Positions 34,900 to 45,235 of a DNA stretch of 64,000 nt are shown here, piece after piece; position 1 is the stretch's first letter; each line of letters starts with the position of its first letter. The stretch comes from an uncultured Vicinamibacterales bacterium. GTDB lineage: Bacteria > Acidobacteriota > Vicinamibacteria > Vicinamibacterales > JAKQTR01. The translations under genes were made by a program, and so were the position numbers. The DNA is taken from NCBI GenBank assembly GCA_964396055.1, contig CAYNDV010000005.1, forward strand, positions 772 to 64,771, read 5' to 3'. The notes beneath the pieces are model-generated. The model did no database searches and had not been told where the DNA came from. It saw nothing but the letters and a program-made list of their open reading frames with translations.

Positions 34900-36375
34900 T
34901 CAGGCGCCGGGGAACACCATCCGTTCGACGAACGTGTCCATGAACTGCGGGTCCGACGCCAGGTCCACGTGCGTGCAGCGCGACAATGCGCGTGCGAGGA
35001 TCGCGTCCCGCCGGCCGCCCGCAAGCAGCAGCAGGCGGGCGCCGCGCAGGGCCGTATTGCCGGCTGCCGTCGGCGAGGTGGCCCACGCCGGCAACAACCC
35101 GATGCGCCGGGCGGCCCCTGCCTCGACGTAGTTGCCGAAGGCCCCCGCGAGGAAGACACGATCGGGCGCGAGCACGCGGCCGCCCAGCAGCAGATCGAAC
35201 CCCGCCGCGAGCGCGCCCTTCGCCAGTTGCAGTTCGCGGATGTCGGCCTGGGTCAGTCGCACGGGTCCGGCCAGCGCGATGTGAGGCACGCCGGGCGACA
35301 ACCGGCCGTTCGGACCGATCCAACCCAGGTCGAGGGCGGCCGCCACGGCGTCCACCAGCCCGCTCCCACACAGCCCCCGCGCCGGGCCGCCGCCGATCAC
35401 GTGGCCTGCCAGCGCCCCGTCGACCACGCGCACCCGGTCGATCGCCCCCGTGCCCGCGCGCATGCCCATGCCGATGCGTCCGCCCTCAAAGGCGGGCCCG
35501 GCCGCCGTGGACGCGCAACGGATCCCCGACCGGCACCCGACAGCGATCTCCCCGTTCGTCCCGAGATCGAGCAGGGCCCCGGGCACGTCGGCGTCGGCCA
35601 GCCCGGTGGCCACGATGCCCGCGAGCACGTCGCTCCCCACGAACCCGCCGATGCACGGCAGGAAGGTCGCGCCTGCCGCGGCGCGCATGTGCCACCCGAG
35701 TTGCCGGGCCTCGAACGTCCGGGCCTCCGGCGTGGGCGTCTGGAAGGGCGCCGCGGCCAGCGGCTCGACGTCGAGGCCGCAGAAGAGGTGGTGCATCGCG
35801 GTGTTGCCGACCAGGAGAATCTCGGCCGCCGCGTCGTCGGGCGCGACGCGCGCGACGACGTCGCCAACGGCCTCCCGGATCAGGCGCGTCAGCGCGCCCG
35901 GGGCGCCCCGTTCGTGGTGGATGCGGCTCATCACGTCCGCGCCGAACCGAGCCTGCGGGTTCAACGCGGTCTCGACGGCCAGCACCAGCCCCGTCTCCCG
36001 GTCGACCGCCTGGGCCACCAGGGTCGTCGTGCCGACGTCCACGACCACGCCAATGCCCGCGCCGGGCTCGAAGGGAACCGGGGCCCGGTCGTCGAGGATC
36101 GTCGCGGACCACTGGGCGATCTCGAGGGTCACCGGGCCGGCGGCTTCGGCGAGGCAGCCCAGGCGCCATCCGTCCGCGATGTCCGACGCGGCGAGCGCCT
36201 CGCGCATGGTGGCGTTCACCGGCACGTGGCCCTCGAGCACGCGCACCTTGCAGCCGCCGCAGAGGGACACGCCCCCGCACGGGAACTCGACGCCGCGCTC
36301 GAACAGCAGGTCGCGCAGCGTCCGTCCCGGCACGGCCTCGAGGCGCACGATCTGGACCCGCGCGTCGTCGTTCAT
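34900..36375 (-). CDS. ASKHA-domain reductive activator of corrinoid proteins (RACo/RamA-like) with N-terminal [2Fe-2S]
   Basis: CGGVSLCGGC...C, VDVGTTT, FGADVMSRI, GGFVGSD, LDLGTNGEI, STAAGPAFEG, LAGAFGNY. Confidence 0.88.
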   Translation of the reverse strand: MNDDARVQIVRLEAVPGRTLRDLLFERGVEFPCGGVSLCGGCKVRVLEGHVPVNATMREALAASDIADGWRLGCLAEAAGPVTLEIAQWSATILDDRAPVPFEPGAGIGVVVDVGTTTLVAQAVDRETGLVLAVETALNPQARFGADVMSRIHHERGAPGALTRLIREAVGDVVARVAPDDAAAEILLVGNTAMHHLFCGLDVEPLAAAPFQTPTPEARTFEARQLGWHMRAAAGATFLPCIGGFVGSDVLAGIVATGLADADVPGALLDLGTNGEIAVGCRSGIRCASTAAGPAFEGGRIGMGMRAGTGAIDRVRVVDGALAGHVIGGGPARGLCGSGLVDAVAAALDLGWIGPNGRLSPGVPHIALAGPVRLTQADIRELQLAKGALAAGFDLLLGGRVLAPDRVFLAGAFGNYVEAGAARRIGLLPAWATSPTAAGNTALRGARLLLLAGGRRDAILARALSRCTHVDLASDPQFMDTFVERMVFPGA

Positions 36376-36651
36376 CGCGAGACCCGATCGAACCTTGCGA
36401 CGCCGTTCATGCGGCGCCGCTCAGCCGGCGCGCCAGGCTCACCGCGGCGCTGGCGGCTCGGGGCTGTGGACGCGTTCGCGCTGGCAGTCGGCATCGGGGT
36501 TCCTGGCCGGACCGTCCGGCGCCGCGCCAGCATCGCCTGTTGCGCGCTCGGATGTCAACGTGACGCGAAATCACGCGGGGCACCAGGCCTGCCGGAGCGC
36601 GTCGCTCAACGTCCGGGTCGGCCGCGCCCGCAGTCCTCGACGTTCAGGCTG

Positions 36652-36660
36652 TGGTACCCT
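36652..36660 (+). promoter_or_regulatory. Extended -10 element TGgTACCCT upstream of mrpA
   Basis: 23 nt before ATG 36684. Confidence 0.4.
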
Positions 36661-36683
36661 AAGGTTCGTCGAGCCCCGCAGCC

Positions 36684-39002
36684 ATGCTGGCACCAATCCT
36701 CGCACTCCTCCTCGCCTCGGCCCTCGCCCCGGCGGCGCACCGCGTCCTCGGAAAACGCGCAGGGGTGGTCCTCGCCTCGGCGCCGGCCCTTCTCTTCGCC
36801 CATTTCGCCCGATTCCTGGGCCCCGCCGCCGCTGGACAGGCCGTCGAGGAGTCCTGGCCCTGGGTGGCCGGCATGGGCATTCGTCTCGCCTTCCGCCTCG
36901 ACGGGCTCTCGCTCCTCTTCGCGTTCCTCGTGACCGGCATCGGGGCCATCGTCATCGTCTACGGCGGCGGCTACCTCAAGGGCGATTCCCGGCTCCCGCG
37001 CTTCTACTCGGCGATCCTCTTCTTCATGGCCGCGATGCTCGGCCTGGTCCTGGCCGACGACGCGCTCGCCCTCTTCGTGTTCTGGGAGTTGACGAGCGTG
37101 AGCTCGTACCTCCTCATCGGCTTCGACCACGAGCAGGAGAAGGCGCGCAAGAGCGCGCTCCAGGCTCTGTTCGTGACCGGCGCGGGCGGCCTCGCCCTCC
37201 TCGCCGGCCTGCTGCTCATCGGCCAGGTCGCTGGGACGCTGCAGTTGTCGGCCCTCGGCGCCCAGGCCGCCGCGATCCAGGGCCACGACGTGTACCTCCC
37301 CGCGCTGCTCCTCGTGCTGCTCGGGGCGTTCACGAAGTCGGCCCAGTTCCCCTTCCACTTCTGGCTGCCCGGAGCGATGGCCGCCCCGAGCCCGGTGAGC
37401 GCATACCTGCACTCGGCCACGATGGTGAAGGCGGGAATCTACCTCCTCGCCCGCCTCAATCCCGCCCTCGGCGGGACGGACGCCTGGCACTACCTCGTCA
37501 TCCTCGCTGGCACCGCAACGCTGGTCACCGGCGCCGTCCTCGCCTACGGCCAGACCGATCTCAAGCGTCTGCTCGCGTTCACGACCGTGAGCGCCCTCGG
37601 GACCCTCACCCTGCTGGTCGGGATCTCGACCGACCTCTCGGCCCGCGCCGCGATGGTGTTCCTCCTGGTCCACGCCCTCTACAAGGCTGCCCTCTTCCTC
37701 GGCGTGGGGGCAATCGACCACGAGGCCGGCACGCGCGACGTGCGCCTCCTCGGAGGGCTCGCCCGGCTCATGCCCCTGACCGGGATTGCCGTGATCGCGT
37801 CCGCGTTGTCGATGGCGGGGCTGCCCCCCTTCTTCGGCTTCCTCGCGAAGGAGCTCTTCTACGAGGCCAAGTACGAGGCCCCGCAGGCGGGAGACCTTCT
37901 GGTGGTCGCCAGCTTCGTGGGCAGCGCGCTGGTCGCGGCGGCGGCGGGGCTCGTGGCCTGGCGGCCGTTCTTCGGCCGCGTGCGCGGGGCGCCGACGCAC
38001 GTCCACGAGGCGCCGCCCGCCCTGTGGCTGGGTCCCGTCCTCCTCGCCGCCTCGAGCGTGGCGCTCGGTCTCTTTCCCGAACTGCTCGCCGTCCCGCTCG
38101 TCCAGCCGGCGGCGAGCGCGGTGCAGGGCGAGCACACCGAGGTCGTCCTCCGTCCGTGGGCCGGGGTGAACCCCGCGTTTGTCCAGACCCTGCTGATGCT
38201 CGCCCTCGGCGGCGTGCTCTACGCAGCCCATGACCGGATGCTCCTGCGTCTCGAGCCGCTGCGGAGGCTCGCGGCGTGGGGCCCCAACCGCGTCTACCAG
38301 GCCGTGCTGGCGGCCATCGTCGCGCTGTCGAAGGCCCAGACGCGGCTCCTCCAGAACGGGGTCCTCGGCTGGTATCTGTTCGTGACCATCGGCACCACGG
38401 TGGCCCTCGGCAGCTACGCCCTCGTGACGCGGGTGGGGGCCGTGGACGCGCCCCTCGAGCCCGTGCGGCCCGGCGAAGCGCTCGTGGCCCTCGCCATGGC
38501 GGCGGCGGCGGTGGCGGTCGTGCGCGCGCGGTCCCTCCTGGTCGCGATCGCCGCGCTGGGCGTCGTCGGCTACGGCGTGGCCGTCGTGTTCCTGCTGTTC
38601 GGCGGGCCGGATCTTGCCCTGACCCAGTTCTCGATCGAGACGCTGTCGGTGCTCCTCTTCGTGCTCGTGCTGCGCCGCCTGCCGCCGCTGCGGACCCTCT
38701 CGCCGCGCAAGGAGCGTGTGCGCGACGGTGTGCTGGCCGTGGCGGGCGGGGCGTTCGTGACCGTCCTGGTGCTCGCGGCGACCGCCGCCCCCCCCTCGAC
38801 GGCGCTGCGCGACTACTTCGCGGCGAACAGCCTCGCCCTGGCCTACGGGCGCAACGTGGTGAACGTGATTCTCGTCGACTTCCGGGGATTCGACACCCTC
38901 GGGGAGATTACCGTGCTCGCGGTCGCCGCGATCGGCGTGGTCGCGCTCCTGCGTCTGAGGGCGACGGGGAAGGGAGAGGAGGCCCGCAAGTGGACTCTCT
39001 GA
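36684..39002 (+). CDS. mrpA: Mrp Na+/H+ antiporter subunit A
   Basis: [69 protein letters not shown]. Confidence 0.93.
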   Translation: MLAPILALLLASALAPAAHRVLGKRAGVVLASAPALLFAHFARFLGPAAAGQAVEESWPWVAGMGIRLAFRLDGLSLLFAFLVTGIGAIVIVYGGGYLKGDSRLPRFYSAILFFMAAMLGLVLADDALALFVFWELTSVSSYLLIGFDHEQEKARKSALQALFVTGAGGLALLAGLLLIGQVAGTLQLSALGAQAAAIQGHDVYLPALLLVLLGAFTKSAQFPFHFWLPGAMAAPSPVSAYLHSATMVKAGIYLLARLNPALGGTDAWHYLVILAGTATLVTGAVLAYGQTDLKRLLAFTTVSALGTLTLLVGISTDLSARAAMVFLLVHALYKAALFLGVGAIDHEAGTRDVRLLGGLARLMPLTGIAVIASALSMAGLPPFFGFLAKELFYEAKYEAPQAGDLLVVASFVGSALVAAAAGLVAWRPFFGRVRGAPTHVHEAPPALWLGPVLLAASSVALGLFPELLAVPLVQPAASAVQGEHTEVVLRPWAGVNPAFVQTLLMLALGGVLYAAHDRMLLRLEPLRRLAAWGPNRVYQAVLAAIVALSKAQTRLLQNGVLGWYLFVTIGTTVALGSYALVTRVGAVDAPLEPVRPGEALVALAMAAAAVAVVRARSLLVAIAALGVVGYGVAVVFLLFGGPDLALTQFSIETLSVLLFVLVLRRLPPLRTLSPRKERVRDGVLAVAGGAFVTVLVLAATAAPPSTALRDYFAANSLALAYGRNVVNVILVDFRGFDTLGEITVLAVAAIGVVALLRLRATGKGEEARKWTL

Positions 39003-39403
39003 TCCTGCGCTCCGGGGCGCGCTTCCTGGTGCCCCTCACGCTGCTGTTCTCCGTGTTCGTCCTCGTTCGCGGGCACAACGAGCCGGGAGGCGGCTTCGTG
39101 GGGGGGCTCGTCGCGGCAACCGCCTTCGCCATCGTCCTGCTCTCGGAGGGCCTGGACCGGGCTCGTCAGCTCCTGCGCCTCGACCCGCTCACCCTCGTGG
39201 CGGCCGGCCTCGTCGTGGCCCTCGCCTCCGGAATCCCTCCCATCCTGCGCGCCGGGCCGTTCATGACCGGGTGGTGGCTGAAGGTTCCGCTGCCGGTGGT
39301 CGGGAAGGTGGGCTCCCCGGTGGTCTTCGACGTGGGCGTCTACCTCGTCGTCCTGGGGATCGTCCTCGCGATCCTCTTCGCGCTGGCCGAGGAGGAACCG
39401 TGA
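38990..39403 (+). CDS. mrpB: Mrp subunit B
   Basis: GTG 38990; [23 protein letters not shown]. Confidence 0.9.
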   Translation: MDSLILRSGARFLVPLTLLFSVFVLVRGHNEPGGGFVGGLVAATAFAIVLLSEGLDRARQLLRLDPLTLVAAGLVVALASGIPPILRAGPFMTGWWLKVPLPVVGKVGSPVVFDVGVYLVVLGIVLAILFALAEEEP

Positions 39404-39747
39404 CGACACTGTTCGCCGCCGTGATCGGCATCCTCTACGCGGCCGGGCTCTACCTCGTGATGCGCCGCAGCGTCGTCAAGCTCGTGCTCGGCCTCGCCCT
39501 GCTCGGCCACGCCGCGAACCTGCTCATCTTCACCATGGGCCGGCTCTCCCGGGCTGCGGCCCCGATCATCCCGGCCGGGGCGGAGAGGCTCGTCCCGCCC
39601 CACGCCGATCCGGTGCCCCAGGCCCTCGTGCTCACAGCCATCGTGATCGGCTTCGGCGTCCAGGCCTTCGCTCTCGTGCTCGTGAAGCGGGCGTATCGGG
39701 AGACCGGCACGGACGACCTCGACGCCCTGAGGTCCACGGATTCATGA
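39400..39747 (+). CDS. mrpC: Mrp subunit C
   Basis: GTGA overlap with mrpB; [17 protein letters not shown]. Confidence 0.92.
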   Translation: MTTLFAAVIGILYAAGLYLVMRRSVVKLVLGLALLGHAANLLIFTMGRLSRAAAPIIPAGAERLVPPHADPVPQALVLTAIVIGFGVQAFALVLVKRAYRETGTDDLDALRSTDS

Positions 39748-41240
39748 CGGCGCTCGTCGTGCTTCCCGTCCTCGTGCCTCTCGCGACGGCGATCGCGTGC
39801 CTGGCCCTGCGGCCGTGGCGGATGGCCGTGCGCGCCGCGAGCGTCCTCGGGGCGGCCGCCCATCTCGCCGTCGCGGCCGCGCTGCTCGCGCGCGTGGACG
39901 GGTCGGGCATCCAGGTCATGCAGATGGGCGCCTGGCCCGCCCCGTTCGGGATCAGTTTCGTCGCCGACCTCCTCGCGGCGATCATGGTGCTGCTCGCCGG
40001 GATCACCGGCCTCGCCGTCGCCGTCTACTCGCTGGGCTCGATCGATGCCGCCCGCGAGCGCCACGGCTACCACGCCCTCTTCCATGTCCTCCTGATGGGC
40101 GTGAGCATGGCGTTCCTGACCGGGGATCTGTTCAACCTGTACGTGGCGTTCGAGGTCATGCTCATGGCCTCGTTCGTGCTGCTCGCCCTCGGGGGTGAAC
40201 GGGCCCAGCTCGAGGGGAGCGTGAAGTACGTGGCGCTCAACCTCTTCTCCTCGGCCATCTTCCTCGCCGCGGTGGGTGTCCTCTACGGCGTCGCGGGCAC
40301 GCTCAACATGGCCGACCTCGCCCGCGCCATCGAGCGGGGTGTCGCCCCCGGCCTCGTCACGACGCTCGCCTGCCTGTTCCTGGTCGCCTTCGGCATCAAG
40401 GCCGCCGTTTTCCCGCTCTTCTTCTGGCTCCCCGCGTCGTACCACACGCCGCCGGTCGCGGTGTCCGCGATCTTCGCGGGCCTGCTCACCAAGGTGGGCG
40501 TCTACGCGCTCGTGCGGGCCTTCACGCTCGTCTTCGTGGGCGATACCGCGCTCACGCACAGCCTCATCCTCGCGGTCGCGGTGCTGACGATGGTCACCGG
40601 CGTCCTCGGGGCGGCGGCCCAGTTCGAGTTCCGCCGGGTGCTCTCCTTCCACATCGTCAGCCAGATCGGCTACATGGTGCTCGGTCTGGGCCTGTTCACG
40701 CCGCTCGCCCTCGCGGGAACGGTGTTCTACCTGATGCACCACATCGTCGTGAAGACGAATCTCTTCCTCATCGGGGGAATCGTGATGCGCCTCGGCGGCA
40801 CGCTGGACCTCGCGGCGCTGGGCGGCCTCTACCGCCGGCGCCCGGGCCTCGCGATCCTCTTCCTGGTGCCCGCGTTCTCGCTGGCGGGCATTCCGCCCCT
40901 CTCGGGTTTCTGGGGCAAGCTCGTCCTCGTGAAGGCCGGAATCGAGTCCGGGCAGTACGCGGTGACGGCGGTGGCGCTTGCGGTGAGCCTCCTCACCCTC
41001 TTCTCGATGACCAAGCTCTGGAACGAAGCGTTCTGGAAGGAGCCGCCGGCGGACCATGCGGTGGCGGCTGCCCGGGTGCCGTGGACGCTCCTCGGACCGG
41101 TGGTGGCGCTCGCCGCAATCACGGTGGCGGTAGGCATCGGGGCGGGGCCGGTCTTCGACCTCGCGAGCCGGGCGGCGGCCCAGCTTGCCGATCCCTCCCA
41201 GTACGTGCGGGCGGTTCTGGGACCCGAGGCCCGGCCGTGA
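39744..41240 (+). CDS. mrpD: Mrp subunit D
   Basis: [36 protein letters not shown]. Confidence 0.92.
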   Translation: MTALVVLPVLVPLATAIACLALRPWRMAVRAASVLGAAAHLAVAAALLARVDGSGIQVMQMGAWPAPFGISFVADLLAAIMVLLAGITGLAVAVYSLGSIDAARERHGYHALFHVLLMGVSMAFLTGDLFNLYVAFEVMLMASFVLLALGGERAQLEGSVKYVALNLFSSAIFLAAVGVLYGVAGTLNMADLARAIERGVAPGLVTTLACLFLVAFGIKAAVFPLFFWLPASYHTPPVAVSAIFAGLLTKVGVYALVRAFTLVFVGDTALTHSLILAVAVLTMVTGVLGAAAQFEFRRVLSFHIVSQIGYMVLGLGLFTPLALAGTVFYLMHHIVVKTNLFLIGGIVMRLGGTLDLAALGGLYRRRPGLAILFLVPAFSLAGIPPLSGFWGKLVLVKAGIESGQYAVTAVALAVSLLTLFSMTKLWNEAFWKEPPADHAVAAARVPWTLLGPVVALAAITVAVGIGAGPVFDLASRAAAQLADPSQYVRAVLGPEARP

Positions 41241-41704
41241 TTGTGGAACTCTCGCTCCTCGCCCTCGCCTGGATGGCCCTCACGGGGGACTGGTCGCTCG
41301 CGGCATTCGTGTTCGCATGCGCGCTCGGCTGGCTCCTCCTGCGACTCGTGCGCCCCCTCGGCGGCGAGGGCTTCCGCCGCGTCCGCCTGGCCCGCCTCCC
41401 CGGGTTCCTCGCCTTCGTCCTGAAGGAGGTGGTGGTCGCGAACCTCAGGGTCGCGGCGGCGGTGATCGTTCCAGCCCGGCGCCTGCGGCCGGCCATCGTC
41501 GCGGTGCCCCTGACGCTGGACCGCGACGCGGAGATCGCGTTGCTCGCCAACCTGATCACGCTGACCCCGGGCACGCTGAGCCTGGACGTCTCTCCCGACC
41601 GGCGCACGCTCTACGTGCACGCCATGGCCACCACGGGCCCCGACGACCTGCGCCGGGAGATCCGGGACGGCTTCGAGCGGCGGATCCTCGAGGTGTTCCG
41701 GTGA
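41237..41704 (+). CDS. mrpE: Mrp subunit E
   Basis: GTG 41237; [15 protein letters not shown]. Confidence 0.9.
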   Translation: MIVELSLLALAWMALTGDWSLAAFVFACALGWLLLRLVRPLGGEGFRRVRLARLPGFLAFVLKEVVVANLRVAAAVIVPARRLRPAIVAVPLTLDRDAEIALLANLITLTPGTLSLDVSPDRRTLYVHAMATTGPDDLRREIRDGFERRILEVFR

Positions 41705-41973
41705 GCCCGGCCGCCCTCGGCGCAACCATCGCCCTGGCCCTCGTGGGCGTTGCGGTGCTGCTGGCCTTCGTCCGGCTGTTGCGCGGACCGGACCTCGCAA
41801 ACCGCGTCGTGGCCGTCGACCTTCTGTCCGGTCTCGGAGTGGGAATCGCGGGCGCAGCCGCCGTCCTGTCGGGCAACCAGGTGTACCTCGACGTCGCCCT
41901 CGTCCTCGCCCTCATTGCGTTCCTGGGCACCGTGGCCTTCGCCCGCTACGCCGAGCAGGGGGGTGACGAGTGA
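41701..41973 (+). CDS. mrpF: Mrp subunit F
   Basis: GTG 41701; RGPDLANRVVAVD, FLGTVAFARY. Confidence 0.9.
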   Translation: MSPAALGATIALALVGVAVLLAFVRLLRGPDLANRVVAVDLLSGLGVGIAGAAAVLSGNQVYLDVALVLALIAFLGTVAFARYAEQGGDE

Positions 41974-42314
41974 GCGCCCTCGTCGCCCTGCTGCTCGTCT
42001 CGGGGGCCCTCTTCATGCTCCTGGCCGGCGTCGGCCTTGTGCGGCTCCCTGATCTCTATACGCGGATGTCGGCCGCGTCGAAGGCCGCGACGCTCGGGGC
42101 ATCCCTCGTCCTCCTCGGGGCAGCCGTCCACTTCGGCACCGCGGCGGCCGCCGGGCGGGCGGTCGTGATCGTGGCGTTCCTCTTCCTGACCGCCCCGCTC
42201 GCCGCCCAGGCGATCGGCCGCGCGGGATACCGGAGGAAGAGCCCGCTGTGGGAGGGCACCGTCGCCGACGAACTCGCCGGCGCTGAGGACGCGGCAACAG
42301 ACGCGTCCCGCTAG
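41970..42314 (+). CDS. mrpG: Mrp subunit G
   Basis: RLPDLYTRMSAASKAATLG, FLFLTAP. Confidence 0.9.
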   Translation: MSALVALLLVSGALFMLLAGVGLVRLPDLYTRMSAASKAATLGASLVLLGAAVHFGTAAAAGRAVVIVAFLFLTAPLAAQAIGRAGYRRKSPLWEGTVADELAGAEDAATDASR

Positions 42315-43222
42315 CGCTCCCACGTGTAGAGGCGCGTCATCACCACGGGCTGCGGCGCTGCCATCGAGCACACGATCGACATGGTCGGGCAGACGTCCCC
42401 GGGCCCGCACGCGGGTGGACCGGGCACCGAGGCCTCGCCATTCCCGCGCGCGTCCTTGCCGGCTGCTGCGGTCAGCGGCGGGAAGAGCGGAGTGCCGTCC
42501 AGGCCCTGGAGTCCGATGTGACAGGAGGCCGTCGCGCCTGCGCCGGCAACACCGGCGATCTGGAGCCTGGCCGAGCTGCGGAACGTCAGGCCCGGCACCC
42601 AGCCCTTCGGCCTCTTGATGTCGAAGCTCAGCCTGCCCGTGGTCTTCTGTTCCCGGCCGCTCGGTCCCGGGCAGCGAATCTCGAACGCCAGGGACGCCTC
42701 GTTGCCGTCGGCTTTCTCGAGGCGGCAACCGGGACCGAGGGCCTCGGCCCCCGGCACCTGCAGGGTGGCGTCCCGGAAGATCCACTGGGGTCCCGAGGGC
42801 CTCACATCGACGCCGTTCGATCCGCCCCACGCCTCACCGCTCTCCATCGGCGCGTCGCACGTGGTGTATCGGCCCGTGAAGGATCCGCCTTCGAACGCGA
42901 GCCGGAACCGTCCCCAGTTGTGCTGGCCCTCGTAGATGGCCGTCGAGCAGCGCTGGCCGGAATGGTCTTCGACCCACCAGTTGCCGTTGAACACGCCTGC
43001 GACGAAGAAGCCGCTGAGCCTGATCCGGCCGGCTGTCGGCGTCGTCACCGTGCCGAGGTAGCCCGCCCCGCCCAGTTCGAACGTCACCAGACCGCGGCTC
43101 GAGTACCAGGTGCCGGCGATGGACCGGCTGGTGGGTGTGGGCTTCACCGACCCGAGTTGAGCCGGGACCGGAACGGGTACCGTGAGCGCGCACGCCAGAA
43201 CGACGGAGAGGCGAATCAGCAT
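42311..43222 (-). CDS. Secreted hypothetical beta-rich protein
   Basis: ATG 43222 after GGAGG; signal peptide; several Cys. Its stop overlaps the mrpG stop (shared CTAG). Confidence 0.65.
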   Translation of the reverse strand: MLIRLSVVLACALTVPVPVPAQLGSVKPTPTSRSIAGTWYSSRGLVTFELGGAGYLGTVTTPTAGRIRLSGFFVAGVFNGNWWVEDHSGQRCSTAIYEGQHNWGRFRLAFEGGSFTGRYTTCDAPMESGEAWGGSNGVDVRPSGPQWIFRDATLQVPGAEALGPGCRLEKADGNEASLAFEIRCPGPSGREQKTTGRLSFDIKRPKGWVPGLTFRSSARLQIAGVAGAGATASCHIGLQGLDGTPLFPPLTAAAGKDARGNGEASVPGPPACGPGDVCPTMSIVCSMAAPQPVVMTRLYTWER

Positions 43223-43504
43223 GGCTTCCTCCGAGGAGCACACGGGGGGCCGTGGCGGAACCGACTCGCGCCACGCGGCCAGGTCATGTCTCAGGGGTTA
43301 CCCTGGCAGCATTGTAGCGCCACCACCCTCGGACTGATCCGGATCCGGCTGGCGACACAGCCGGGATCATTGCGGTCGGGCAGCCCCGGACCTGCCGTTC
43401 GCCCCTCGTTCTCCCGCGTTCGTCACATTCCAGGAGCACCTGCCGCGGGCGTTCGGCACACTCGACCCAGGACGGCGGTCACCGGGCCGCCGACAGGAGG
43501 TCGA

Positions 43505-44050
43505 ATGGACCGGAAGCAGTTCTTGAGGACGGTGTGCGGGCTCGGGGCGTGCGGCTGCGCGGCCACCCTGATCGAGGCTCCGGGCGTGCTGGCGGCCGCA
43601 CAGGCCGAGGCTCCCGATCAGCGTCTGGCGTTTGCGCGCTATCAGGTGGCCAACCTCACACGCTTCATCGCCGGAGGACCCGGGGCGTCGGCCGGCGTCG
43701 AGGCCATCGAGAAGACCGGCCGCGAATGCGCGAAACTCGGCGGGCTCCCGGCGAGGTTCAAGGGCAATCCCGAGGGCTACTTCGCCGCCGCCAGGCAGGC
43801 CTGGGGCACCGAGTTCCAGTGGGACAAGCCGAAGGGTATCGTCACGGTCGCCGTGGCCGAAGGCCCGTGCGGCTGCCCCCTGGTGGACACCAGGCGCACG
43901 CCGGCCGTCTGGTGCCACTGCTCGGTGGGCTACCAGAAAGAGGCATTCGCCCAGGTGTTCGGGCGGGAGGTGCAGGCGCGGCTCATGGAGTCGAAGCTCT
44001 CGGGCGGCACCCGGTGTGTGTTCGAGGTTCAGGTCGGATCGCCGGTCTGA
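43505..44050 (+). CDS. Small Cys-rich protein with Tat-like signal and V4R/DUF6144-like C-terminus
   Basis: ATG 43505 after AGGAGG; MDRKQFL; CGCP...WCHCSVGY...ESKLSGGTRCVFEV. Confidence 0.6.
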   Translation: MDRKQFLRTVCGLGACGCAATLIEAPGVLAAAQAEAPDQRLAFARYQVANLTRFIAGGPGASAGVEAIEKTGRECAKLGGLPARFKGNPEGYFAAARQAWGTEFQWDKPKGIVTVAVAEGPCGCPLVDTRRTPAVWCHCSVGYQKEAFAQVFGREVQARLMESKLSGGTRCVFEVQVGSPV

Positions 44051-44122
44051 CCGGCGTTCCACGCTATGCTTGAGGCCGTCGCGGGGCGCGGCGACGCGCC
44101 TGACTGCCCGCGTGGGACTGCC

Positions 44123-45235
44123 ATGACGATGACCGACGGCGGATCGAGCGGCACGCGGATGCCGGGCTTCCTGGTGTCGTGGGATCGACTGGGCTTCCGC
44201 CTGGTCGTCTTCGGCGGCCTGGCGCTCATGTGGACGTTGCACGGCATGATGGCCGGCACGGCGTGGCCGGACATGGTGCGCGCGGAGTTCGGCGGCCTGC
44301 TGCCGTGGGCGTTCCTGGCGCCGCTGGTGCTGTGGTGGGACCGGCGCATCGCGCTGGCCCGGCCCGGGGCCTGGCGCTACTTTGCCGCGCACGCGGTGGG
44401 CATGCTGGTCGTGTTCGTGCCCTACTGGGTCATGGCACGGACGATCGCGCTGGTGTGGCGATGGGGCGCGTCCGGCTGGTCGGCCATGCCGTTCGACGCC
44501 TTCACGCCGACGCTGCTGAACGTGGCCGGCGGCCTGCTCAACGTGCCATTCGTCTACCTGCTGATCCTGCTCGGCGCGCAGGCGATGACCCACGCGCAGG
44601 CCCGCCATGCGGAGGCCGCCCAGGCCGATCGGCTCGCGCGTCAGCTTTCCGAGGCGCGCCTCGCGCTGCTCCAGCGCCAGCTGCATCCCCACTTCCTCTT
44701 CAACGCGCTCCAGGCGATTTCGACGCTGCTCCATCGTGATCCCGCGATGGCGGATCGACTGCTCGTGCACCTGTCCGAGCTGCTGCGGGCCATGCTCGAG
44801 CGTGCGTCGGGCCAGACCCTCCCGCTTCGCGCTGAACTCGACCTGGCGCGGACGTACCTCGACATTGAGCAGGCCCGGTTCGGCAGCCGGCTTTCGGTGA
44901 ACTGGCGCGTGGACGACTCCGTGCTCGAGGCGCCCGTGCCGTCGCTGGTGGTGCTGCCCCTGGTGGAGAATGCCATCCGCCACGGCCTCTCCGCCAAGGT
45001 CGGCCCCGGACGCCTCTCGGTCGAGGCTGGGCGAGACGACGGATCCCTCCTGATCACCGTTGCCGACGATGGCGTGGGAGCGGTGCTGCCGCTGCCGGAC
45101 GGCCTGGGCGTGGGGAATACGCGGCAGCGGCTCGACGCGCTCTACGGCGGGCAGGCGGCGCTCGAGGTCGCCAGCGCGCCGGGGCAGGGCTTCCGCGCGT
45201 GCGTCCGCATTCCGCTCGGCGAGGCGGCGTCATGA
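44123..45235 (+). CDS. LytS/YehU-type sensor histidine kinase
   Basis: QLHPHFLFNAL, LPLVENAIRHG, DDGVG, GVGNTRQRL; four N-terminal TM helices. Confidence 0.9.
   Translation: MTMTDGGSSGTRMPGFLVSWDRLGFRLVVFGGLALMWTLHGMMAGTAWPDMVRAEFGGLLPWAFLAPLVLWWDRRIALARPGAWRYFAAHAVGMLVVFVPYWVMARTIALVWRWGASGWSAMPFDAFTPTLLNVAGGLLNVPFVYLLILLGAQAMTHAQARHAEAAQADRLARQLSEARLALLQRQLHPHFLFNALQAISTLLHRDPAMADRLLVHLSELLRAMLERASGQTLPLRAELDLARTYLDIEQARFGSRLSVNWRVDDSVLEAPVPSLVVLPLVENAIRHGLSAKVGPGRLSVEAGRDDGSLLITVADDGVGAVLPLPDGLGVGNTRQRLDALYGGQAALEVASAPGQGFRACVRIPLGEAAS

Noticed and set aside
36372-36533. 53-codon minus-strand ORF overlapping the activator start (ATGA) as a possible leader peptide, and the same region as a possible cobalamin riboswitch
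   Set aside because: The peptide is low-complexity and expected by chance; the B12-box and other core cobalamin riboswitch motifs were not found by eye. An Rfam scan would settle it.
44986-44996. CCTCTCCGCCA, identical to the tRNA-Ser 3' end, as a possible att site
   Set aside because: It is inverted relative to the tRNA, only 11 bp, and inside the kinase CDS; no integrase is present, so no island boundary can be called.
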